Below, in pieces: positions 50,596 through 60,603 of a stretch of 64,000 bases of DNA; position 1 is the first letter of the stretch, and every line of letters starts with the position of its first letter. Source of the DNA: an uncultured Acidobacteriota bacterium (lineage in GTDB: Bacteria; Acidobacteriota; UBA6911); the NCBI GenBank assembly GCA_963809485.1, contig CAWEJX010000020.1, positions 1,184,001 to 1,248,000 on the forward strand, in the 5' to 3' direction. Both the position numbers and the translations under genes were made by a program. The notes below the pieces were generated by a model that did no database searches, was not told where the DNA came from, and was given only the letters and a program-made list of their open reading frames with translations.

Positions 50596-51735
50596 ATGGG
50601 AATGTTCCTGATAACCGAGTTGATTCTGTTTTCTCCACTGATCATTTATTCCTGCTTTCGCGTCCGCAACCTTATCCCAAGGCCCGGCCTCAAAACCATT
50701 TTTGTATTCTTCTGTATTCTGCTGTGTCTCGGTTATCCAATTGCCGAAGTGCTCTCTCATAGAGACATAAGCCGTTGGGCGCGCTATCCCGTCCTCCTGG
50801 GATATCTCTGTCTCCCCTACCTGCTGTATCTAACCTTGTCGGTGGCGGCATTCGAAACCGTGATTGCGCTGGCTCGCAGCGTTAGGCTGCTAAGCAAAGC
50901 GACGACATCCAATGTGGGGTTTCGATCCGTGTGCCTTGCCTGTTATCTCCTCCTCCCTGCCTTGATAGTGTTTGCGGGAGTACTGAACAATACTCGGCTT
51001 CAAGTAAGGGAATATTTCGTTGATCTCCCTCAAAAATCGTCAGGCCTGAGCGAACTGAAGATAGTTTTTGCATCGGATTTCCATCTGGGCCAACTCACGA
51101 ATGATCGCCTCCTGGAAAGATTTGTCGCGAAGGTCAATGCACTGCAACCGGACATCATTCTCATAGGAGGCGACATCCTGGAGGGTCACGGCAATGAAAA
51201 TCCGGGCAAGTTTGAGGTTCAGTTCTTTAAACTCAAAGCGAAGTATGGCGTTTACGCCGTTCCGGGTAATCATGAAAGCCATGGCAGCAGCCCCCATGAT
51301 TTCTTTGCAAAGTCCGGGATGAAGCTTCTGGAAGATCGCGTCGAGATGATCGACAAGGCATTTTACCTGGCCGGCCGAAAAAATGGGCGATTGTCAAAAA
51401 GGAAACCGATCGGAGACCTTCTGAAAAACGCTCCCGCTGATCTGCCCATCATCCTGTTTGACCATAGTCCGACAGACCTTGAGAACGTCAGCCGCAGCCG
51501 CGTCGACCTTCAATTCTCCGGCCACACTCACAATGGCCAGCTGTTTCCTGTGAACCTCATAGTTATGCCGTTTCAATATGAGCTGGCCTGGGGTACCCGG
51601 ATAAAGCGCAATGTTCAATTTTTTGTAAGCAGTGGTGTCCAAGCGTGGGGGCCGCCTGTCAAGACGGCGGGCAATTCGGAAATCCTTTATGTCAAAGCAA
51701 GGTTCCGAACGGGGCTCCATCGGTCGCAACTCTAA
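50596..51735 (+). CDS. Membrane-anchored metallophosphoesterase (YkuE/YaeI-like)
   Basis: SDFH, GGD, GNHE, DH, GHTHNGQ; N-terminal TM helices. Confidence 0.9.
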   Translation: MGMFLITELILFSPLIIYSCFRVRNLIPRPGLKTIFVFFCILLCLGYPIAEVLSHRDISRWARYPVLLGYLCLPYLLYLTLSVAAFETVIALARSVRLLSKATTSNVGFRSVCLACYLLLPALIVFAGVLNNTRLQVREYFVDLPQKSSGLSELKIVFASDFHLGQLTNDRLLERFVAKVNALQPDIILIGGDILEGHGNENPGKFEVQFFKLKAKYGVYAVPGNHESHGSSPHDFFAKSGMKLLEDRVEMIDKAFYLAGRKNGRLSKRKPIGDLLKNAPADLPIILFDHSPTDLENVSRSRVDLQFSGHTHNGQLFPVNLIVMPFQYELAWGTRIKRNVQFFVSSGVQAWGPPVKTAGNSEILYVKARFRTGLHRSQL

Positions 51736-52033
51736 TTGCAGCCTTCATTTTTTAAAAAATGCCGATTCGAGCGAATCTGAAGCTGATATCCCCTTCGCAA
51801 AGCGCACAAAGGCACTTTCGCCGCAATAGGAAACCTTCATTCTTCTGAATAGCATTCGTCACAGATCCACCACCCCCACCCAAACAGATTTGAAACATTA
51901 ACGTCCTTGATCGTATTAAGTGAATATTGTTTTGGAATATGGACCGGCAGGAATTGGCAATGCCGTTCCGGCGTTTTATTAATGGCAATCTGATCCGGAG
52001 CGACAGGCTCAGGCACAGAAAGGAGACAATCCG

Positions 52034-53137
52034 TTGGTTCCCAATGATTTCAAACCGAATGATTTGCAGTCAGCCATCAAAGGGTCGCGGCTGAGCCGCC
52101 GGGAATGGTTGCAGCGGGCCATGGCCGCTGCGGTAATTGTGCCGCAGGATTTTCCAGGAGGCGGGGGGGATTGGGGAGGGCGGGGACGCCGTTCCAGGCG
52201 TCCGCGTCGAACGATCGATCCCTCTCAAATACCCTCCTATAAATACCGGATCCTGCCTGCAGGCCGCTTCCCGGCGCTCCAGAAAGAATTCGAAGCCGCC
52301 CGGAATAACAGACAGCTTGGCAGCAACAAAATGTATCTCGATCAGATTGCTCCTTTGAATTTCAGGGTGCCCGGCGATTTTCCAAATGCCAAATCCGTTG
52401 TTGTCGTTGCAGCCTATTCAAAAAACATGTATGCGAATTTCCGCCTGAACGGGAATTCCTACCGGATTATGGTCCCGTTCCAATACTACAACGACGATTT
52501 GAATTCCGACAAACTGGCGGGCATCATCCAGAAAGACATCATCAAGACTCCCGGCCGGCGCATTATGGATGTTTCCTCCAAAATGCCGCTCAAGCTGCTG
52601 GCTGCGCGCAGCGGACTTGGACGCTACGCCCGCAATGGCCTGGTTTTTGTGGATGGCATGGGAAGCTACAATGTGCTCTATGCTTTTCTGACCGATCATC
52701 CATTCACGGAAGATCACTGGACAAACATGGAAATACTGGATGAGTGCAACCACTGCCATGCCTGTGAGCGGACGTGCCCGACAAGGTGCATCAGCCGTTG
52801 GAATTATAGCGTCAATATCGACAAATGCCTGACGCTTTACAACGAGAACCCGGGGGAATTTCCCAATTACATTCTCGGGAGCATGCATCACGCGTTGATG
52901 GGCTGCATGCAATGCAAAGCTCCCTGCCCCGCCAATGAGGGTATTGCCGAGCTTTCCGGCAACCTGGAAGATGTTTCTGAAGAGGAGACGCGGAAGATTT
53001 TAAAGGGCGCGCCGGACGATGCGCTGCTTAAATCCCTTCAGCGGAAACTGCGGCAATTCCGGGCCGTCGCATCAAAAGACCAGTTCCCGATTATGAAGAG
53101 GAATCTGAGCGTATTGATCAGGGGTGAAATGGTCTAG
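52034..53137 (+). CDS. QueG/reductive-dehalogenase-like double [4Fe-4S] protein with a twin-arginine leader
   Basis: SRREWL; AKSVVV; PLKLLAARSGLGRYARNGL...GS; CNHCHACERTCP; KCL...GCMQCKAPCP. Confidence 0.75.
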   Translation: MVPNDFKPNDLQSAIKGSRLSRREWLQRAMAAAVIVPQDFPGGGGDWGGRGRRSRRPRRTIDPSQIPSYKYRILPAGRFPALQKEFEAARNNRQLGSNKMYLDQIAPLNFRVPGDFPNAKSVVVVAAYSKNMYANFRLNGNSYRIMVPFQYYNDDLNSDKLAGIIQKDIIKTPGRRIMDVSSKMPLKLLAARSGLGRYARNGLVFVDGMGSYNVLYAFLTDHPFTEDHWTNMEILDECNHCHACERTCPTRCISRWNYSVNIDKCLTLYNENPGEFPNYILGSMHHALMGCMQCKAPCPANEGIAELSGNLEDVSEEETRKILKGAPDDALLKSLQRKLRQFRAVASKDQFPIMKRNLSVLIRGEMV

Positions 53138-53228
53138 ACGCGGATTTTCGCAGACGAAACAAATCATCTGAAGCGCTATAGTCCGAAAAGCGGCCCGCTT
53201 CAATTTCCGATTCCGGGAGAGATCCTGT

Positions 53229-54806
53229 TTGACCAAGAAACGCTCGACTGTTCACAGGTTGCTCCAACTGTTTCGGATTTTCAGCCAGTTCCTTTTCTTC
53301 TGCCTGTTTGTGTACCTGCTGCTGGAAACGCATTTTTCGGGGAAGGATTACATCGGGCCGGTCGAGCGCTTTTTTCACTTCGATCCGTTATTGGCCCTCA
53401 CCACTCTCATTGCATCAAGAGAGTTTTTGAAGGTATTCCTTTGGGCGCTGGTTCCCGTCGCTTTGACGTTGCTCTTTGGCCGCTATGTCTGTGGCTGGGC
53501 CTGTCCCTTGGGCGCTGTGCTGCAGTTCTTTTCTTTCCTCTCCAAAAAGATGAAGTGGCACACGCCAAAGCTTCCGGGGAGCCGGCTTCTGCCGTTGAAA
53601 TATGCCATTCTGGTTGTGGTGCTTGTGGCATCCATTTTCGCGTTGGACCTTGCCGGCTACCTGGATCCACTCTCCTTCCTATACCGTTCATTTATCACGG
53701 TTGTGCTGCCTGCATTCGCGGTTACGGGCGATGCGGCCGCATCTGTTCTCCCGAGCATCGGGATGGATACAAGCAGTGAAGGCCTGAGCCGGATTCTGCA
53801 AAATCTTACAATCAACAAGACCTTCCACCAGGGCCTGGTCCTCGGACTGATTTTTCTGACCGTCCTCCTTCTGAATCTGCACCGGGAGCGTTTCTGGTGC
53901 CGTTATCTGTGCCCCGCCGGCGCCCTGCTCGCTCTTCTTGCGCGATGGAACCTGGTAAAGGTCAGGGTCCATGAGGGAAAGTGCACCCAATGCAAGGTCT
54001 GTTCGCTTCACTGCCAGACTCAGGCCACACCCTTTCCCAATCAAGAATGGCAGCCGGGCGAGTGCGTTTATTGCTATTCCTGCGCCTCTCAATGTCCCAC
54101 CCAGGCCATCACATTCCCGATACTGGGGACCCGGGCCGACACAAAACCCGTCGACTTCCCCCGCCGCAAATGGATTTTTTCTGCGGTGTTCGGTTTGGCG
54201 ATTATCCCGCTCTTTCGAATTTCGGCAGCTTCAAAAAGGCCCTCGGAAAAGCTGATCCGGCCTCCCGGGGCGCTGCCCGAACCGCAATTTCTTGCCGCAT
54301 GCGTAAAGTGCGGCGAATGCATGAAGGTCTGCCCGACCAATGCCCTCCAGCCCGCATCCAACCAGGCCGGTCCGGAAGGTTTGTGGACGCCGGTGCTTGT
54401 TCCCAAAATCGGCTACTGTGAATATTACTGCTCGCTTTGCACTCAGGTATGCCCGACCGGAGCCATCAAGGAACTCAAAATCAAGGAAAAGATCAAAGTC
54501 AGAATCGGGTCGGCCTGGATTAACAAAAACCGCTGTCTCCCCTATGCCCTGGGCGAATCCTGCACCGTGTGCGAGGAGAAATGCCCGACTTCCCCCAAGG
54601 CAATCAGGCTGGCGGAGACGGAAATGCTCATGCCGGACGGCACATGGGATTACCAGGATGTTCCCGTTGTGGATCTCGATCTATGCATCGGGTGCGGGAT
54701 CTGCGAAACCCAGTGCCCCATATCCGACGATCCGGCGATTTACTGCACCAGCCTCGGGGAATCCCGTGCGGTCAAACCTCTTCCTACTCAAGACGGCAAC
54801 CCGTAA
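53229..54806 (+). CDS. Membrane polyferredoxin (NapH/MauN + NapG/MauM fusion type)
   Basis: GRYVCGWACP, FWCRYLCP, IRPPGA, CVKCGECMKVCP and further CxxCxxCxxxCP motifs. Confidence 0.88.
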   Translation: MTKKRSTVHRLLQLFRIFSQFLFFCLFVYLLLETHFSGKDYIGPVERFFHFDPLLALTTLIASREFLKVFLWALVPVALTLLFGRYVCGWACPLGAVLQFFSFLSKKMKWHTPKLPGSRLLPLKYAILVVVLVASIFALDLAGYLDPLSFLYRSFITVVLPAFAVTGDAAASVLPSIGMDTSSEGLSRILQNLTINKTFHQGLVLGLIFLTVLLLNLHRERFWCRYLCPAGALLALLARWNLVKVRVHEGKCTQCKVCSLHCQTQATPFPNQEWQPGECVYCYSCASQCPTQAITFPILGTRADTKPVDFPRRKWIFSAVFGLAIIPLFRISAASKRPSEKLIRPPGALPEPQFLAACVKCGECMKVCPTNALQPASNQAGPEGLWTPVLVPKIGYCEYYCSLCTQVCPTGAIKELKIKEKIKVRIGSAWINKNRCLPYALGESCTVCEEKCPTSPKAIRLAETEMLMPDGTWDYQDVPVVDLDLCIGCGICETQCPISDDPAIYCTSLGESRAVKPLPTQDGNP

Positions 54807-54987
54807 CCGCAACAGACAGCCGCCTGGCGATTGAATCCAGGCCACCCAGCACCAAGGTGGCAATCCATACCAGAACGGATTACAGCGCCCTTTGCGCCCG
54901 GGAAGCGTAGCAGCCAGAATTTGGTTGTTGGCTCGATCATTGGAATTTTGATAGGTTAGAGCTGAACCCGCAGGAGGAATTTCTATC

Positions 54988-56097
54988 GTGAAACGCTGGG
55001 TATTCCTTGTTTTGTATATTCCCATTACCGCCGGAGTTTTTCCGGCGCTGAGCAGAGCCGACGAACCTGCCGGGGGCAGGGAGATTTACCGTTCCGCCTG
55101 CGCGGCCTGCCATGGAGCCGACGGCAGGGGCGCTCCGGACAGCATGCGCGGCTTTGAACCGCCGAGCACCTTCCCCGACTTCACCACGTGCCGTGCCACG
55201 GTGCGTGAATCCGATGTATTTTGGGGCGCTATCCTGAACAACGGCGGGCCTGGCAGGGGCTTCTCCGAAATCATGCCCTCATTTCGGGAGGCTCTCACCG
55301 ACACTCAGATCGCCAAGGTAATGGAATACCTTCGATCGTTTTGCCGCGAACCTGCATGGCCGCGGGGCGAATTGAATTTCCCGCGCGCCCTGGTTACGGA
55401 AAAAGCCTTCCCGGAAGATGAAATGGTGCTGGACATGGCGATCAACACGGAAGGAGACGCCGCCATCACCAGTAGAGTCGTCTACGAAAAGCGTTTGGGT
55501 CCGAGGGGGCAGCTCGACGTTGTCATGCCGTTCAAGTTTCAGAACGCCGGCGGAAACGACTGGCAAGCCGGCGTGGGAGATCTTGTTGCCGGCTACAAAC
55601 ATGTGCTATTGAGCAATCTCCACACCGGATCGATCCTCAGCCTTGCCGGGGAAACCGTGTTTGCTACCGGGAACGCGGAACGCGACATGGGCAAAGGTGT
55701 TACGGTGTTCGAGGGCTTCGCCAGCTACGGTCAGATCCTGCCAAAACAAATGTTTCTCCAATTCCAGCCGGGAATCGAGCTGCCGGTCGACACGGACAAG
55801 GCCAACCGGGCGGTATTCTGGCGAACCGTCGTAGGCAGGAGTTTTGCCCCCGACAAGGGACTTGGTCAGCTGTGGTCTCCCATGGTCGAACTGCTGGCCG
55901 ACCGCGAACTGGCCTCCGGAGAGCGGATCAATTGGGATATCGTGCCCCAGTTCCAGGTAAGTTTAAGTCGGCGTCAGCACATCCGGGCAAGCGTCGGTTT
56001 GCGGCTTCCCGTAAACGACTACGGACCCAGACCTGCCCAGCTCCTCTTCTATCTGATGTGGGACTGGTTTGATGGAGGCCTGCGCGATGGGTGGTGA
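54988..56097 (+). CDS. Monoheme cytochrome c fused to a putative outer-membrane beta-barrel domain
   Basis: Signal peptide; CAACH and MPSF; then about 230 aa of amphipathic strands (GVGDLVAGYK, PQFQVSL, SVGLRLPV). Confidence 0.75.
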   Translation: MKRWVFLVLYIPITAGVFPALSRADEPAGGREIYRSACAACHGADGRGAPDSMRGFEPPSTFPDFTTCRATVRESDVFWGAILNNGGPGRGFSEIMPSFREALTDTQIAKVMEYLRSFCREPAWPRGELNFPRALVTEKAFPEDEMVLDMAINTEGDAAITSRVVYEKRLGPRGQLDVVMPFKFQNAGGNDWQAGVGDLVAGYKHVLLSNLHTGSILSLAGETVFATGNAERDMGKGVTVFEGFASYGQILPKQMFLQFQPGIELPVDTDKANRAVFWRTVVGRSFAPDKGLGQLWSPMVELLADRELASGERINWDIVPQFQVSLSRRQHIRASVGLRLPVNDYGPRPAQLLFYLMWDWFDGGLRDGW

Positions 56098-56101
56098 TAC
56101 T

Positions 56102-57727
56102 ATGCAAAAAAAATTGTTTTTTTGCCTGCTCGCAATAATCGCCGCTGGGGCGCTGACAGTGTCTGGCTGGAGCGCTCAGTCGGCTGTCAAGTCCCGCGTC
56201 CCGGCTTTCCAGACCTCCGACCGGTGCGTAGCCTGCCACAACGGGCTGGCTACACGTGCGGGCGAGGACATTTCCATCGGTCTGGCCTGGAAACCGACCA
56301 TGATGGCAAACTCGGCAACGGATCCTTACTGGCACGCCGGGGTGCGGCGCGAGAGCATCGATCATCCCGAATCGCGGGCGGCTATCGAGGATGAGTGCTC
56401 GATATGCCACATGCCGATGGCACGGTTCGAATCAACGCAATCGGGCCACGAAGGCACTATTTTCTCCCACCTTGGATTCCTGCCCGACGATCCCGGCGAC
56501 CAGCTGGCGGTCGACGGCGTTTCCTGCTCCCTGTGCCACCAGATCGGAAAAGAGAAGCTTGGGACGCGCGAGAGCTTTGTCGGCAATTTTGTGATCGGCG
56601 GCCCCAATGTTCAGGGGGAGCGGATGGAATTTGGCCCCTATGCTCCGGATGCCGGGCACGCCAGAATTATGCGGAGCTCGACCGGCGGCTTCCTTCCCGT
56701 CGAGTCCGCGCATATCCGCCAGAGCGAGGTCTGCGCGACATGTCACACGCTCATCACAAAATCACTCGGCCCCGGCGGAAAAACGATCGGCGAGTTCCCG
56801 GAGCAGGTCCCTTACCAGGAATGGCTGCATAGCGAATACAGGGAGAAGCGCAGCTGCCAGTCCTGCCATATGCCTGTGGTCGAGGAGGAGGTTGCCATCA
56901 GCAGTGTTCTGGGCGTGCCGCGAAAGGAAGTATCCCGGCATGTGTTCCTGGGCGGCAACTTTTTTATAAATGGGATTCTCAACCGCTACCGCAATGAGTT
57001 GAGCGTTCATGCGCTCCCGGATGAACTGACGGGTAACGCCAGGAGAACAAAAGAGCACCTGCAGTCGGAAGCGGCGCGGATCTCCATCGAGAAAGTGGAG
57101 GAGCGCGGCGGGCGTCTGGAAGTCGATGTTGCCATAGAGAATTATGGAGGCCATAAACTGCCCACAGCATATCCGTCGCGAAGAGTGTGGCTGCACCTGG
57201 CAGTGTGGGACTCGGAAAACCACAATCTTTTTGAGTCGGGCGCGATGAATTCAAACGGCGCCATCATAGACAACGATAATGACGCTGATGCCACGCGATT
57301 CGAGCCGCATTACACCGAGATCCGAAACACGGGGCAAGTGCAGATTTACGAGGCCATCATGGCCGACAGCAGCGGTGCCGTGACCACCGGGCTGCTGAAT
57401 TCGGTCCGGTATTTGAAAGACAATCGCCTGCTACCGCGCGGATTCGACAAAAAGACCGCCGAAGCCGATATTGCGGTGGCCGGCAATGCACTGGAGGACT
57501 TGGATTTCCGCGGCGGTGCCGACCGGGTGCGATACTCGATGGATCTGGGACCGACGCAGGGCCCCTTCCGGATTGAAGCCGAGCTGTGCTATCAGCCGAT
57601 CGGCTATCGCTGGGCCATGAACCTGAAGAATTACAGCGCCGAAGAACCCCGGCGGTTCATCGGCTACTACGAGGCTGCGGCCGGCTCCTCAATGGTAGTG
57701 CTGGCTCATGCGAGCAGAAATCAGTGA
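56102..57727 (+). CDS. Pentaheme c-type cytochrome (c554-like heme pattern) with C-terminal beta domain
   Basis: CVACH, CSICH, CSLCH, CATCH, CQSCH; signal peptide; GHKLPT. Confidence 0.88.
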   Translation: MQKKLFFCLLAIIAAGALTVSGWSAQSAVKSRVPAFQTSDRCVACHNGLATRAGEDISIGLAWKPTMMANSATDPYWHAGVRRESIDHPESRAAIEDECSICHMPMARFESTQSGHEGTIFSHLGFLPDDPGDQLAVDGVSCSLCHQIGKEKLGTRESFVGNFVIGGPNVQGERMEFGPYAPDAGHARIMRSSTGGFLPVESAHIRQSEVCATCHTLITKSLGPGGKTIGEFPEQVPYQEWLHSEYREKRSCQSCHMPVVEEEVAISSVLGVPRKEVSRHVFLGGNFFINGILNRYRNELSVHALPDELTGNARRTKEHLQSEAARISIEKVEERGGRLEVDVAIENYGGHKLPTAYPSRRVWLHLAVWDSENHNLFESGAMNSNGAIIDNDNDADATRFEPHYTEIRNTGQVQIYEAIMADSSGAVTTGLLNSVRYLKDNRLLPRGFDKKTAEADIAVAGNALEDLDFRGGADRVRYSMDLGPTQGPFRIEAELCYQPIGYRWAMNLKNYSAEEPRRFIGYYEAAAGSSMVVLAHASRNQ

Positions 57728-57844
57728 GGCATCGGCTGATTGCCGCTCTCCGTATTCATCAGCGTCTTTGTCTGCGTCAGACAAAGGCCGGAGCATTATG
57801 CCGGCAATTCTTCAGTGCTACCGATTTACGAGGATGGGGATGCT

Positions 57845-58078
57845 ATGGCATATTGCGGAATTTGCGGGCGATACCATGATCCTGGGGAAAGCTGCATAGA
57901 TGCTACAAACCAGGTACTGAAAGACATCGGATTATCCGACGCGCCAAAATCGCCTGGCGCAGATTTCGGGCGCATAGCGAAGAGATCGGATCGATGGTTC
58001 CTGAAGGTTCTTATATTGATTTTCGCAGCGTTGGCATTGGCCATGTACCTTACCAGGCTTGCGAATAAATTGGGCTGA
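57845..58078 (+). CDS. Small Zn-ribbon membrane protein
   Basis: MAYCGICGRYHDPGESC plus a C-terminal TM helix. Confidence 0.55.
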   Translation: MAYCGICGRYHDPGESCIDATNQVLKDIGLSDAPKSPGADFGRIAKRSDRWFLKVLILIFAALALAMYLTRLANKLG

Positions 58079-58108
58079 CCAGTGCCTGCCGGAAATCCGT
58101 GAGATGGG

Positions 58109-58148
58109 GAAGCTGCTCTGCTGTCATGGGATAAGGCAGAGCAGCTTC
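58109..58148. terminator. 13-bp inverted repeat between convergent genes
   Basis: gaagctgctctgc ... gcagagcagcttc. Confidence 0.5.
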
Positions 58149-58191
58149 AAACGGAAGTCTGGGAAGCGGCATTAATGTGGCCTGTCGGTCC

Positions 58192-59391
58192 TCAACGAAT
58201 CAGCAGAACATCCCAGGTCCACTTTGCAGCATTGCTCCCCTTAGCCTCAATCTTTGCACGGTATCTGAACTGATTGCCATATTCGTCCACTTTTTGTGAC
58301 AACTTGTAGTCGAGACCTATTTCGGCAATGGCCAGCGATTCAAGAGCGTGCAGCTCATCCGGCTCCGATACCCCGTTGTGATTGACATCCTGCCAAAGTC
58401 GCAGGTCGCGGTAGATTCGGTCGCCGGCGTCTATCACGCCGTCTTCATTCCCTCCATTCTCTGCACGATCAAAAACTGCCAACGCCAGGAAGCCATTCTG
58501 CACTTCGCCATGGGGAGGGTCCGGTTGGGCCGTTGTGCTTCCAAACAATTCTGTTCCATCGTCAACAACCCCGTTCCCATTCCTGTCCAGCGTTAGCCAT
58601 GCATCATCCACACCCGCAGCCGTCCATGACAACTGCTCTCGGGCGCCGTCCAGATCCAGGTCAAACAGTATTCCGTCCGATTTATCCGTAAGCCGGATCC
58701 CGTCGCCCTGGAGGTCGATCAGAACAGGCGAGGAGCAGTACGACTCGGCCACATCGGGGGTGCCGTTGCAGTTGAAATCCACATTCGAGTAACAGTATGG
58801 CGTCGCGCCGGGGTGAATGAATGCCGCGTAGTCGTTGCAGTCATTGCCCCCAAAAGCCGTTCCGATATATCCGTCCTTATCCACGTCGGTGGAGAAATTG
58901 CAGGCATGCGTCTTCTCGACCCTTATGGCCGAACCTTGCGGTCCGGTGCACCCGATATCCACGACATAAGGTATGGATATGCCTTTTGAAGCGCATGTAA
59001 ACGGATCCAGGATCGGATATGTGGTCACATTTGCGGCCGTTGCGGAAAAATATCCCGGAGATCTCACCGGAGTATAAAAAATGGGCCAGCATTCCTTGTG
59101 CTTATACGGAGCGCCTACGACATTTCCCGGGTTGCAGGTATATGCGCAGTCGGATCTCCCCGAGGCTTGAAGATACACCGAGTCGGATATGCCATCCGCC
59201 CAGGTCATGCCGTAGGTGATTCCTTTGTAGATCGATGCCGCACAGTATGTATTTACGCCGGCACCGCTGCACCTGTTGTCGATCATTTGCGCCTGAATTC
59301 CATATACCATCATGCATGTATTGGCTTGACCTGCGGCAATTCTGACAAATGACGCCACAATCAGGAAAATCAAAGCAACATGTTTATCCAT
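58192..59391 (-). CDS. Sec-secreted Cys-rich protein with a Ca-binding DxDxDG/DCND motif and a C-terminal FrpC-type self-processing-module homologue
   Basis: Signal peptide; 13 Cys; DVDKDGY...DCND..IHPGA..C...DFNCNG; S-P222-VLIDLQGDG...DRNGNGVVDDGTELFG...LRLWQDVNHNGVSEPDEL. Confidence 0.8.
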   Translation of the reverse strand: MDKHVALIFLIVASFVRIAAGQANTCMMVYGIQAQMIDNRCSGAGVNTYCAASIYKGITYGMTWADGISDSVYLQASGRSDCAYTCNPGNVVGAPYKHKECWPIFYTPVRSPGYFSATAANVTTYPILDPFTCASKGISIPYVVDIGCTGPQGSAIRVEKTHACNFSTDVDKDGYIGTAFGGNDCNDYAAFIHPGATPYCYSNVDFNCNGTPDVAESYCSSPVLIDLQGDGIRLTDKSDGILFDLDLDGAREQLSWTAAGVDDAWLTLDRNGNGVVDDGTELFGSTTAQPDPPHGEVQNGFLALAVFDRAENGGNEDGVIDAGDRIYRDLRLWQDVNHNGVSEPDELHALESLAIAEIGLDYKLSQKVDEYGNQFRYRAKIEAKGSNAAKWTWDVLLIR

Positions 59392-59396
59392 AGCAG

Positions 59397-60239
59397 TTAT
59401 TTACCTCCCCGCATTTTTTTAAGATATGCACGATGCGCCCCACTTTTGTTTTCGTAATATTGTCGGAGCTGTTCCAGCATTTTCCCGCGCGTAAGCTCAG
59501 ATTGGTCTTGCGAATGCGCAGGCAAACGCATCATCTGCTCAACCTGCGCTGTGGCGTTCTCCCTGACGCTGCGCACTCCGGCAAGCATTGCGTTGAGAGC
59601 ACGCGGGCTTCCTCTCAAGATCTCGTCCTTGGACACCTCGGGCGAAACCATATCCGGAAATCCGTCCATCTCCTCCAAGATCGATTCCGGCAATTTGCGT
59701 ATTTTCTTTCTCAGCTCCTTCTCCTCCGTATCGCCGACCTGTTTCACAGGCATTTCGCGGAATATGCGTTTGAGCCGCGCAGTTTCCGCAATTTGCCCCA
59801 GGCGGTTGAATTCAATCGATTCTATGAACCCAGGCACACCCTCGCTTGACCCGTCCGAAAATACGACGGCGAGGATGTCCAGTGCTTTCCCGGCTCTTAT
59901 GGCTTCCTGAACCGAAATCGTGCTGATGGACGTCTCTCCGTTCGGTAATCCATCCGATTCAGAGTCGAACCAGTCTTCATACCGGGTCGTTTCGGTCGTC
60001 CCATCCTGGTAAGAAAATGCATAGGCAGTAATGGTCTTGTCCGAGATATTCTGAAAGGAGAGCGTCAGAAGATCCGGATTATCTTTCAACGTGGATGTTT
60101 CTACCAAACGTATGGCCCCCGTGTGCTGGTCCACCCTCCAGTCGACATGGACCTTTTGCGAGGCGAGCAGAGACATCGCCGTCATTAACCAAAAAGTTAG
60201 TGTGCTGGTAATGCAACAGACGCATCTGTGATTGGACAT
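59397..60239 (-). CDS. Secreted hypothetical protein, co-transcribed partner of the SPM protein
   Basis: Signal-like N-terminus; beta domain (FQNISDKTITAY...AVVFSDGSSEG) plus helical C-terminus; 5-nt gap to the next gene with GGAGG inside its 3' end. Confidence 0.7.
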   Translation of the reverse strand: MSNHRCVCCITSTLTFWLMTAMSLLASQKVHVDWRVDQHTGAIRLVETSTLKDNPDLLTLSFQNISDKTITAYAFSYQDGTTETTRYEDWFDSESDGLPNGETSISTISVQEAIRAGKALDILAVVFSDGSSEGVPGFIESIEFNRLGQIAETARLKRIFREMPVKQVGDTEEKELRKKIRKLPESILEEMDGFPDMVSPEVSKDEILRGSPRALNAMLAGVRSVRENATAQVEQMMRLPAHSQDQSELTRGKMLEQLRQYYENKSGAHRAYLKKMRGGK

Positions 60240-60603
60240 CTTTTCATTTACCTCCCCTGGCAATTTTGTTGTTTCCGCAATACTCGCGGCTCCCGCATCC
60301 ATATCTCTACGGGCTGCGTTTGCCGCGCCTGCCGGCAGGATGAGAAGCGCATCCGGCGGACTCTTTTCGCTATATCCAATTGTCATTGGCCGAATTGAGC
60401 CAAAATATTTTGCTCGCGCTCATTCGTGAAGGAATTGATGGATTAGGCAGGAGTGCCCGCCGGGAAAAGCAAGTTGAAGAGATTTTCATTCTGACGATAA
60501 TGGGGAGGAAAGAGCATGTTTAGCTCGATCCGGATACGCGGCCTTTTGATTCCGGTACCGTGTAACCACGGCTGACATGCGCCGATTTGCTCCCTAAATG
60601 TCC

